From contig NEEC01000393.1 of assembly GCA_002189035.1 (NCBI GenBank), positions 1 through 20,492 on the forward strand: a DNA stretch of 20,492 bases, written 5' to 3'. The position numbers were made by a program, and so were the translations under genes. Below the pieces are notes generated by a model that was not told the origin of the DNA, did not search any database, and was given only the letters and a program-made list of their open reading frames with translations. This stretch comes from Utricularia gibba. Lineage: Eukaryota > Plantae > Magnoliophyta. Positions within the stretch are counted from its first letter, which is position 1. The number at the start of each line of letters is the position of its first letter. Below, piece after piece: positions 1 to 10,400 of this stretch.

Positions 1-3000
1 CCGCCAAAAAACGACAACTTTTCCTTGAAAAAGCATGTAGGCAGCCGCCGAAAACCCAACGTTAATAAATGCATCACTTTTTGGCCGGGCTACAAATGAC
101 TATGGGCCAGAGCGCGACTCGACCATTTGCTCGATACTAGTGCCAGCCTAGAGCACCTCGTCAAATATAAATCAGGTTGTTGAGAAAACCATTTGGGCGC
201 TCATGACATCATAACTTCATTAAATGCATCACGATTTTCATCGAGTAGGACCGATTGGCTAGGAGCCAGACCAAACCTTGGCCCTTACAAAGCTGCCAAC
301 GACAGCACCCACCTTAAAACGGCAAGCTGTTGCTTGAAAAACCATGTGGGCAGCCGCCGACAACCCAACGTTAATAAATGCATCACTTCTTTTGACGGGC
401 TACAGCTGACTTTGTCCCCAAGCCGACCCGAATTCCGGCCCGATCTCGGTGACCCACAAAAGCGCCTTCTCAAGTGTATAGCATGCTGTTGAAAAAAGCA
501 TTTGGGGTGTCATGAGATCCTACTTCAATAAAGGTATCACGATTTTCGTCGAATGGGACCTTATTGTGCTGTGAAGTCAGACCGAACCTTGGGTCCGGAC
601 GAAGTTCCCAACAACAGCACCCGCCAAAAAACGACAACTTTTCCTTGAAAAAGCATGTAGGCAGCCGCCGAAAACCCAACGTTAATAAATGCATCACTTT
701 TTTGGCCGGGCTACAAATGACTATGGGCCAGAGCGCGACTCGACCATTTGCTCGATACTAGTGCCAGCCTAGAGCACCTCGTCAAATATAAATCAGGTTG
801 TTGAGAAAACCATTTGGGGCGCTCATGACATCCTAACTTCATTAAATGCATCACGATTTTCATCGAGTAGGACCCGATTGGGCTAAGGAGCCAGACCAAA
901 CCTTGGGCCCTTACAAAGCTGCCAACGACAGCACCCGCCTTAAAACGGCAAGCTGTTGCTTGAAAAACCATGTGGGCAGCCGCCGACAACCCAACGTTAA
1001 TAAATGCATCACTTCTTTTGACGGGCTACAGCTGACTTTGTCCCCAAGCCCGACCCGAATTCCGGCCCGATCTGGGACCCACAAAAGCGCCTTCTCAAGT
1101 TTAAAGCATGCTGTTGAAAAAAGCATTTGGGGTGGTCATGAGATCCTACTTCAATAAAGGTATCACGATTTTCGTCGAATGGGACCTTATTGTGCTGTGA
1201 AGTCAGACCGAACCTTGGGTCCGGACGAAGTTCCCAACAACAGCACCCGCCAAAAAACGACAACTTTTCCTTGAAAAAGCATGTAGGCAGCCGCCGAAAA
1301 CCCAACGTTAATAAATGCATCACTTTTTGGCCGGGCTACAAATGACTATGGGCCAGAGCGCGACTCGACCATTTGCTCGATACTAGTGCCAGCCTAGAGC
1401 ACCTCGTCAAATATAAATCAGGTTGTTGAGAAAACCATTTGGGGCGCTCATGACATCATAACTTCATTAAATGCATCACGATTTTCATCGAGTAGGACCG
1501 ATTGGGCTAAGGAGCCAGACCAAACCTTGGGCCCTTACAAAGCTGCCAACGACAGCACCCACCTTAAAACGGCAAGCTGTTGCTTGAAAAACCATGTGGG
1601 CAGCCGCCGACAACCCAACGTTAATAAATGCATCACTTCTTTTGACGGGCTACAGCTGACTTTGTCCCCAAGCCCGACCCGAATTCCGGCCCGATCTCGG
1701 TGACCCACAAAAGCGCCTTCTCAAGTGTAAAGCATGCTGTTGAAAAAAGCATTTGGGGTGGTCATGAGATCCTAACTTCAATAAAGGTATCACGATTTTC
1801 GTCGAATGGGACCTTATTGTGCTGTGAAGTCAGACCGAACCTTGGGTCCGGACGAAGTTCCCAACAACAGCACCCGCCAAAAAACGACAACTTTTCCTTG
1901 AAAAAGCATGTAGGCAGCCGCCGAAAACCCAACGTTAATAAATGCATCACTTTTTTGGCCGGGCTACAAATGACTATGGGCCAGAGCGCGACTCGACCAT
2001 TTGCTCGATACTAGTGCCAGCCTAGAGCACCTCGTCAAATATAAATCAGGTTGTTGAGAAAACCATTTGGGCGCTCATGACATCATAACTTCATTAAATG
2101 CATCACGATTTTCATCGAGTAGGACCCGATTGGGCTAAGGAGCCAGACCAAACCTTGGGCCCTTACAAAGCTGCCAACGACAGCACCCACCTTAAAACGG
2201 CAAGCTGTTGCTTGAAAAACCATGTGGGCAGCCGCCGACAACCCAACGTTAATAAATGCATCACTTCTTTTGACGGGCTACAGCTGACTTTGTCCCCCAA
2301 GCCCGACCCGAATTCCGGCCCGATCTCGGTGACCCACAAAAGCGCCTTCTCAAGTGTATAGCATGCTGTTGAAAAAAGCATTTGGGGTGAGATCCTACTT
2401 CAATAAAGGTATCACGATTTTCGTCGAATGGGACCTTATTGTGCTGTGAAGTCAGACCGAACCTTGGGTCCGGACGAAGTTCCCAACAACAGCACCCGCC
2501 AAAAAACGACAACTTTTCCTTGAAAAAGCATGTAGGCAGCCGCCGAAAACCCAACGTTAATAAATGCATCACTTTTTTGGCCGGGCTACAAATGACTATG
2601 GGCCAGAGCGCGACTCGACCATTTGCTCGATACTAGTGCCAGCCTAAGCACCTCGTCAAATATAAATCAGGTTGTTGAGAAAACCATTTGGGGCGCTCAT
2701 GACATCCTAACTTCATTAAATGCATCACGATTTTCATCGAGTAGGACCCGATTGGGCTAGGAGCCAGACCAAACCTTGGGCCCTTACAAAGCTGCCAACG
2801 ACAGCACCCCTTAAAACGGCAAGCTGTTGCTTGAAAAACCATGTGGGCAGCCGCCGACAACCCAACGTTAATAAATGCATCACTTCTTTTGACGGGCTAC
2901 AGCTGACTTTGTCCCCAAGCCGACCCGAATTCCGGCCCGATCTCGGTGACCCACAAAAGCGCTTCTCAAGTGTATAGCATGCTGTTGAAAAAAGCATTTG

Positions 3001-6000
3001 GGGTGGTCATGAGATCCTACTTCAATAAAGGTATCACGATTTTCGTCGAATGGGACCTTATTGTGCTGTGAAGTCAGACCGAACCTTGGGTCCGGACGAA
3101 GTTCCCAAAAACAGCACCCGCCAAAAAACGACAACTTTTCCTTGAAAAAGCATGTAGGCAGCCGCCGAAAACCCAACGTTAATAAATGCATCACTTTTTT
3201 GGCCGGGCTACAAATGACTATGGGCCAGAGCGCGACTCGACCATTTGCTCGATACTAGTGCCAGCCTAGAGCACCTCGTCAAATATAAATCAGGTTGTTG
3301 AGAAAACCATTTGGGGCGCTCATGACATCATACTTCATTAAATGCATCACGATTTTCATCGAGTAGGACCCGATTGGGCTAAGGAGCCAGACCAAACCTT
3401 GGGCCCTTACAAAGCTGCCAACGACAGCACCCACCTTAAAACGGCAAGCTGTTGCTTGAAAAACCATGTGGGCAGCCGCCGACAACCCAACGTTAATAAA
3501 TGCATCACTTCTTTTGACGGGCTACAGCTGACTTTGTCCCCAAGCCCGACCCGAATTCCGGCCCGATCTGGTGACCCACAAAAGCGCCTTCTCAAGTGTA
3601 TAGCATGCTGTTGAAAAAAGCATTTGGGGTGGTCATGAGATCCTCACTTCAATAAAGGTATCACGATTTTCGTCGAATGGGACCTTATTGTGCTGTGAAG
3701 TCAGACCGAACCTTGGGTCCGGACGAAGTTCCAACAACAGCACCCGCCAAAAAACGACAACTTTTCCTTGAAAAAGCATGTAGGCAGCCGCCGAAAACCC
3801 AACGTTAATAAATGCATCACTTTTTTGGCCGGGCTACAAATGACTATGGGCCAGAGCGCGACTCGACCATTTGCTCGATACTAGTGCCAGCCTAGAGCAC
3901 CTCGTCAAATATAAATCAGGTTGTTGAGAAAACCATTTGGGGCTCATGACATCATAACTTCATTAAATGCATCACGATTTTCATCGAGTAGGACCCGATT
4001 GGGCTAAGGAGCCAGACCAAACCTTGGGCCCTTACAAAGCTGCCAACGACAGCACCCGCCTTAAAACGGCAAGCTGTTGCTTGAAAAACCATGTGGGCAG
4101 CCGCCGACAACCCAACGTTAATAAATGCATCACTTCTTTTGACGGGCTACAGCTGACTTTGTCCCCAAGCCGACCCGAATTCCGGCCCGATCTCGGGTGA
4201 CCCACAAAAGCGCCTTCTCAAGTTTAAAGCATGCTGTTGAAAAAAGCATTTGGGGTGGTCATGAGATCCTACTTCAATAAAGGTATCACGATTTTCGTCG
4301 AATGGGACCTTATTGTGCTGTGAAGTCAGACCGAACCTTGGGTCCGGACGAAGTTCCCAACAACAGCACCCGCCAAAAAACGACAACTTTTCCTTGAAAA
4401 AGCATGTAGGCAGCCGCCGAAAACCCAACGTTAATAAATGCATCACTTTTTTGGCCGGGCTACAAATGACTATGGGCCAGAGCGCGACTCGACCATTTGC
4501 TCGATACTAGTGCCAGCCTAGAGCACCTCGTCAAATATAAATCAGGTTGTTGAGAAAACCATTTGGGGCGCTCATGACATCATAACTTCATTAAATGCAT
4601 CACGATTTTCATCGAGTAGGACCGATTGGGCAAGGAGCCAGACCAAACCTTGGGCCCTTACAAAGCTGCCAACGACAGCACCCACCTTAAAACGGCAAGC
4701 TGTTGCTTGAAAAACCATGTGGGCAGCCGCCGACAACCCAACGTTAATAAATGCATCACTTCTTTTGACGGGCTACAGCTGACTTTGTCCCCCAAGCCCG
4801 ACCCGAATTCCGGCCCGATCTGGTGACCCACAAAAGCGCCTTCTCAAGTTTAAAGCATGCTGTTGAAAAAAGCATTTGGGGTGGTCTTGAGATCCTCACT
4901 TCAATAAAGGTATCACGATTTTCGTCGAATGGGACCTTATTGTGCTGTGAAGTCAGACGAACCTTGGGTCCGGACGAAGTTCCCAACAACAGCACCCGCC
5001 AAAAAACGACAACTTTTCCTTGAAAAAGCATGTAGGCAGCCGCCGAAAACCCAACGTTAATAAATGCATCACTTTTTTGGCCGGGCTACAAATGACTATG
5101 GGCCAGAGCGCGACTCGACCATTTGCTCGATACTAGTGCCAGCCTAGAGCACCTCGTCAAATATAAATCAGGTTGTTGAGAAAACCATTTGGGGCGCTCA
5201 TGACATCCTAACTTCATTAAATGCATCACGATTTTCATCGAGTAGGACCCGATTGGGCTAAGGAGCCAGACCAAACCTTGGGCCCTTACAAAGCTGCCAA
5301 CGACAGCACCCGCCTTAAAACGGCAAGCTGTTGCTTGAAAAACCATGTGGGCAGCCGCCGACAAACCCAACGTTAATATGCATCACTTCTTTTGACGGGC
5401 TACAGCTGACTTTGTCCCCAAGCCCGACCCGAATTCCCGATCTGGGTGACCCACAAAAGCGCCTTCTCAAGTTAAAGCATGCTGTTGAAAAAAGCATTTG
5501 GGGTGGTCATGAGATCCTAACTTCAATAAAGGTATCACGATTTTCGTCGAATGGGACCTTATTGTGCTGTGAAGTCAGACCGAACCTTGGGTCCGGACGA
5601 AGTTCCCAACAACAGCACCCGCCAAAAAACGACAACTTTTCCTTGAAAAAGCATGTAGGCAGCCGCCGAAAACCCAACGTTAATAAATGCATCACTTTTT
5701 TGGCGGGCTACAAATGACTATGGGCCAGAGCGCGACTCGACCATTTGCTCGATACTAGTGCCAGCCTAGAGCACCTCGTCAAATATAAATCAGGTTGTTG
5801 AGAAAACCATTTGGGGCGCTCATGACATCCTAACTTCATTAAATGCATCACGATTTTCATCGAGTAGGACCCGATTGGGCTAGGAGCCAGACCAAACCTT
5901 GGGCCCTTACAAAGCTGCCAACGACAGCACCCGCCTTAAAACGGCAAGCTGTTTGAAAAACCATGTGGGCAGCCGCCGACAACCCAACGTTAATAAATGC

Positions 6001-6866
6001 ATCACTTCTTTTGACGGGCTACAGCTGACTTTGTCCCCCAAGCCCGACCCGAATTCCGGCCCGATCTGGTGACCCACAAAAGCGCCTTCTCAAGTTTAAA
6101 GCATGCTGTTGAAAAAAGCATTTGGGGTGGTCATGAGATCCTCACTTCAATAAAGGTATCACGATTTTCGTCGAATGGGACCTTATTGTGCTGTGAAGTC
6201 AGACCGAACCTTGGGTCCGGACGAAGTTCCCAACAACAGCACCCGCCAAAAAACGACAACTTTTCCTTGAAAAAGCATGTAGGCAGCCGCCGAAAACCCA
6301 ACGTTAATAAATGCATCACTTTTTTGGCCGGGCTACAAATGACTATGGGCCAGAGCGCGACTCGACCATTTGCTCGATACTAGTGCCAGCCTAGAGCACC
6401 TCGTCAAATATAAATCAGGTTGTTGAGAAAACCATTTGGGGCGCTCATGACATCATAACTTCATTAAATGCATCACGATTTTCATCGAGTAGGACCCGAT
6501 TGGGCTAAGGAGCCAGACCAAACCTTGGGCCCTTACAAAGCTGCCAACGACAGCACCCACCTTAAAACGGCAAGCTGTTGCTTGAAAAACCATGTGGGCA
6601 GCCGCCGACAACCCAACGTTAATAAATGCATCACTTCTTTTGACGGGCTACAGCTGACTTTGTCCCAGCCCGACCCGAATTCCGGCCCGATCTGGTGACC
6701 CACAAAAGCGCCTTCTCAAGTGTATAGCATGCTGTTGAAAAAAGCATTTGGGGTGGTCTTGAGATCCTCACTTCAATAAAGGTATCACGATTTTCGTCGA
6801 ATGGGACCTTATTGCTGTGAAGTCAGACCGAACCTTGGGTCCGGACGAAGTTCCCAACAACAGCAC

Positions 6867-7021
6867 CCGCAAAAAACGACAACTTTTCCTTGAAAAAGCA
6901 TGTAGGCAGCCGCCGAAAACCCAACGTTAATAAATGCATCACTTTTTTGGCCGGGCTACAAATGACTATGGGCCAGAGCGCGACTCGACCATTTGCTCGA
7001 TACTAGTGCCAGCCTAGAGCA
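6867..7021 (+). repeat. Monomer A (156-bp consensus), shown in unit 12
   Basis: ccgccaaaaaacgacaac...gttaataaatgcatcacttttttgg...cctagagca. It aligns to monomer C at about 118/157 (~75%) by hand. Confidence 0.9.
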
Positions 7022-7179
7022 CCTCGTCAAATATAAATCAGGTTGTTGAGAAAACCATTTGGGGCGCTCATGACATCATAACTTCATTAAATGCATCACG
7101 ATTTTCATCGAGTAGGACCCGATTGGGCTAAGGAGCCAGACCAAACCTTGGGCCCTTACAAAGCTGCCAACGACAGCAC
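7022..7179 (+). repeat. Monomer B (158 bp), shown in unit 12
   Basis: cctcgtcaaatataaatc...cattaaatgcatcacgattttc...ccaacgacagcac. It aligns without gaps to monomer D at about 122/158 (~77%). Confidence 0.9.
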
Positions 7180-7337
7180 CCGCCTTAAAACGGCAAGCTG
7201 TTGCTTGAAAAACCATGTGGGCAGCCGCCGACAACCCAACGTTAATAAATGCATCACTTCTTTTGACGGGCTACAGCTGACTTTGTCCCCCAAGCCCGAC
7301 CCGAATTCCGGCCCGATCTCGGTGACCCACAAAAGCG
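7180..7337 (+). repeat. Monomer C (157-158 bp), shown in unit 12
   Basis: cc(g/a)ccttaaaacggcaag...gttaataaatgcatcacttcttttg...cacaaaagcg. Sister of A, sharing the block ggcagccgccga(a/c)aacccaacgttaataaatgcatcactt. Confidence 0.9.
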
Positions 7338-7495
7338 CCTTCTCAAGTGTATAGCATGCTGTTGAAAAAAGCATTTGGGGTGGTCATGAGATCCTCACTT
7401 CAATAAAGGTATCACGATTTTCGTCGAATGGGACCTTATTGTGCTGTGAAGTCAGACCGAACCTTGGGTCCGGACGAAGTTCCCAACAACAGCAC
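7338..7495 (+). repeat. Monomer D (158 bp), shown in unit 12
   Basis: ccttctcaagt...caataaaggtatcacgattttcg...cccaacaacagcac. Sister of B, sharing atcacgattttc, aaccttggg and acagcac at identical offsets. Confidence 0.9.
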
Positions 7496-10400
7496 CCGCC
7501 AAAAAACGACAACTTTTCCTTGAAAAGCATGTAGGCAGCCGCCGAAAACCCAACGTTAATAAATGCATCACTTTTTTGGCCGGGCTACAAATGACTATGG
7601 GCCAGAGCGCGACTCGACCATTTGCTCGATACTAGTGCCAGCCTAGAGCACCTCGTCAAATATAAATCAGGTTGTTGAGAAAACCATTTGGGGCGCTCAT
7701 GACATCATAACTTCATTAAATGCATCACGATTTTCATCGAGTAGGACCCGATTGGGCTAAGGAGCCAGACCAAACCTTGGGCCCTTACAAAGCTGCCAAC
7801 GACAGCACCCGCCTTAAAACGGCAAGCTGTTGCTTGAAAAACCATGTGGGCAGCCGCCGACAACCCAACGTTAATAAATGCATCACTTCTTTTGACGGGC
7901 TACAGCTGACTTTGTCCCCAAGCCCGACCCGAATTCCGGCCCGATCTCGGTGACCCACAAAAGCGCCTTCTCAAGTGTATAGCATGCTGTTGAAAAAAGC
8001 ATTTGGGGTGGTCTGAGATCCACTTCAATAAAGGTATCACGATTTTCGTCGAATGGGACCTTATTGTGCTGTGAAGTCAGACCGAACCTTGGGTCCGGAC
8101 GAAGTTCCCAACAACAGCACCCGCCAAAAAACGACAACTTTTCCTTGAAAAAGCATGTAGGCAGCCGCCGAAAACCCAACGTTAATAAATGCATCACTTT
8201 TTTGGCCGGGCTACAAATGACTATGGGCCAGAGCGCGACTCGACCATTTGCTCGATACTAGTGCCAGCCTAGAGCACCTCGTCAAATATAAATCAGGTTG
8301 TTGAGAAAACCATTTGGGGCGCTCATGACATCATAACTTCATTAAATGCATCACGATTTTCATCGAGTAGGACCCGATTGGGCTAAGGAGCCAGACCAAA
8401 CCTTGGGCCCTTACAAAGCTGCCAACGACAGCACCCGCCTTAAAAACGGCAAGCTGTTGCTTGAAAAACCATGTGGGCAGCCGCCGACAACCCAACGTTA
8501 ATAAATGCATCACTTCTTTTGACGGGCTACAGCTGACTTTGTCCCGCCCGACCCGAATTCCGGCCCGATCTCGGTGACCCACAAAAAGCGCCTTCTCAAG
8601 TTTATAGCATGCTGTTGAAAAAAGCATTTGGGGTGGTCATGAGATCCTCACTTCAATAAAGGTATCACGATTTTCGTCGAATGGGACCTTATTGTGCTGT
8701 GAAGTCAGACCGAACCTTGGGTCCGGACGAAGTTCCCAACAACAGCACCCGCCAAAAAACGACAACTTTTCCTTGAAAAGCATGTAGGCAGCCGCCGAAA
8801 ACCAACGTTAATAAATGCATCACTTTTTTGGCCGGGCTACAAATGACTATGGGCCAGAGCGCGACTCGACCATTTGCTCGATACTAGTGCCAGCCTAGAG
8901 CACCTCGTCAAATATAAATCAGGTTGTTGAGAAAACCATTTGGGCGCTCATGACATCAACTTCATTAAATGCATCACGATTTTCATCGAGTAGGACCCGA
9001 TTGGGCTAGGAGCCAGACCAAACCTTGGGCCCTTACAAAGCTGCCAACGACAGCACCCCTTAAAACGGCAAGCTGTTGCTTGAAAAACCATGTGGGCAGC
9101 CGCCGACAACCCAACGTTAATAAATGCATCACTTCTTTTGACGGGCTACAGCTGACTTTGTCCCCAAGCCCGACCCGAATTCCGGCCCGATCTGGGTGAC
9201 CCACAAAAGCGCCTTCTCAAGTTTAAGCATGCTGTTGAAAAAAGCATTTGGGGTGGTCATGAGATCCTAACTTCAATAAAGGTATCACGATTTTCGTCGA
9301 ATGGGACCTTATTGTGCTGTGAAGTCAGACCGAACCTTGGGTCCGGACGAAGTTCCCAACAACAGCACCCGCCAAAAAACGACAACTTTTCCTTGAAAAA
9401 GCATGTAGGCAGCCGCCGAAAACCCAACGTTAATAAATGCATCACTTTTTGGCCGGGCTACAAATGACTATGGGCCAGAGCGCGACTCGACCATTTGCTC
9501 GATACTAGCCAGCCTAGAGCACCTCGTCAAATATAAATCAGGTTGTTGAGAAAACCATTTGGGGCGCTCATGACATCATAACTTCATTAAATGCATCACG
9601 ATTTTCATCGAGTAGACCCGATTGGGCTAAGGAGCCAGACCAAACCTTGGGCCCTTACAAAGCTGCCAACGACAGCACCCACCTTAAAACGGCAAGCTGT
9701 TGCTTGAAAAACCATGTGGGCAGCCGCCGACAACCCAACGTTAATAAATGCATCACTTCTTTTGACGGGCTACAGCTGACTTTGTCCCCCAAGCCCGACC
9801 CGAATTCCGGCCCGATCTCGGTGACCCACAAAAGCGCCTTCTCAAGTTAAAGCATGCTGTTGAAAAAAGCATTTGGGGTGGTCATGAGATCCTACTTCAA
9901 TAAAGGTATCACGATTTTCGTCGAATGGGACCTTATTGTGCTGTGAAGTCAGACCGAACCTTGGGTCCGGACGAAGTTCCCAACAACAGCACCCGCCAAA
10001 AAACGACAACTTTTCCTTGAAAAAGCATGTAGGCAGCCGCCGAAAACCCAACGTTAATAATGCATCACTTTTTTGGCCGGGCTACAAATGACTATGGGCC
10101 AGAGCGCGACTCGACCATTTGCTCGATACTAGTGCCAGCCTAGAGCACCTCGTCAAATATAAATCAGGTTGTTGAGAAAACCATTTGGGGCGCTCATGAC
10201 ATCATAACTTCATTAAATGCATCACGATTTTCATCGAGTAGGACCCGATTGGGCTAAGGAGCCAGACCAAACCTTGGGCCCTTACAAAGCTGCCAACGAC
10301 AGCACCCACCTTAAAACGGCAAGCTGTTGCTTGAAAAACCATGTGGGCAGCCGCCGACAACCCAACGTTAATAAATGCATCACTTCTTTTGACGGGCTAC

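Larger units (their letters stand above)
6867..7495 (+). repeat. Representative near-consensus unit (unit 12; 629 bp, one C short of the 630-bp long allele)
   Basis: This unit has few indels. The shared motif taaa(t/g)g(c/t)atcac starts at 6931, 7088, 7246 and 7404, then at 7560 in the next unit, giving a spacing of 156-158 bp. Single-copy sites per unit: EcoRI, SpeI, PvuII, ApaI, SphI, BspEI. NsiI (atgcat) occurs three times, in A, B and C. Confidence 0.97.

Noticed and set aside
6871-6963. Helically phased A/T tracts (intrinsic curvature) in monomer A
   Set aside because: Tract centres are spaced about 12, 10, 22, 14, 14 and 16 bp apart, so only the first few approach a 10.5-bp phase. It is not supported by eye and needs a periodicity analysis.
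7168-7207. Hairpin or cruciform at the B/C junction (caacgacagc ... gctgttgcttg)
   Set aside because: It has only 5 contiguous Watson-Crick pairs plus mismatches or bulges and a ~19-nt loop, too weak to claim without a folding calculation.
7419-7433. CENP-B-box-like motif tttcgtcgaatggga in monomer D
   Set aside because: It resembles YTTCGTTGGAARCGGGA at both ends but is 2 nt too short between TTCG and GGGA and has TGGG instead of the essential CGGG. It does not fit the TTCG-N4-A-N2-CGGG core.
7357-7494. 8-bp inverted repeat tgctgttg / caacagca bracketing monomer D (MITE-like termini)
   Set aside because: A few 8-bp inverted matches are expected by chance in 630 bp. There is no target-site duplication, and the pattern is not kept in the other monomers.
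6867-7495. Tandem RNA-gene repeat (5S rDNA, tRNA, snRNA, spliced leader) or rDNA spacer
   Set aside because: I recognise no 5S, tRNA cloverleaf, U-snRNA or SL sequence on either strand. The unit is fully explained by four homologous monomers, leaving no gene-plus-spacer layout.
7338-7495. Assignment to a known ~155-bp satellite such as maize CentC or rice CentO
   Set aside because: Only the length and a short tttggggtg word are reminiscent. I cannot align the monomer to these from memory, so a BLASTN search is needed before naming a family.
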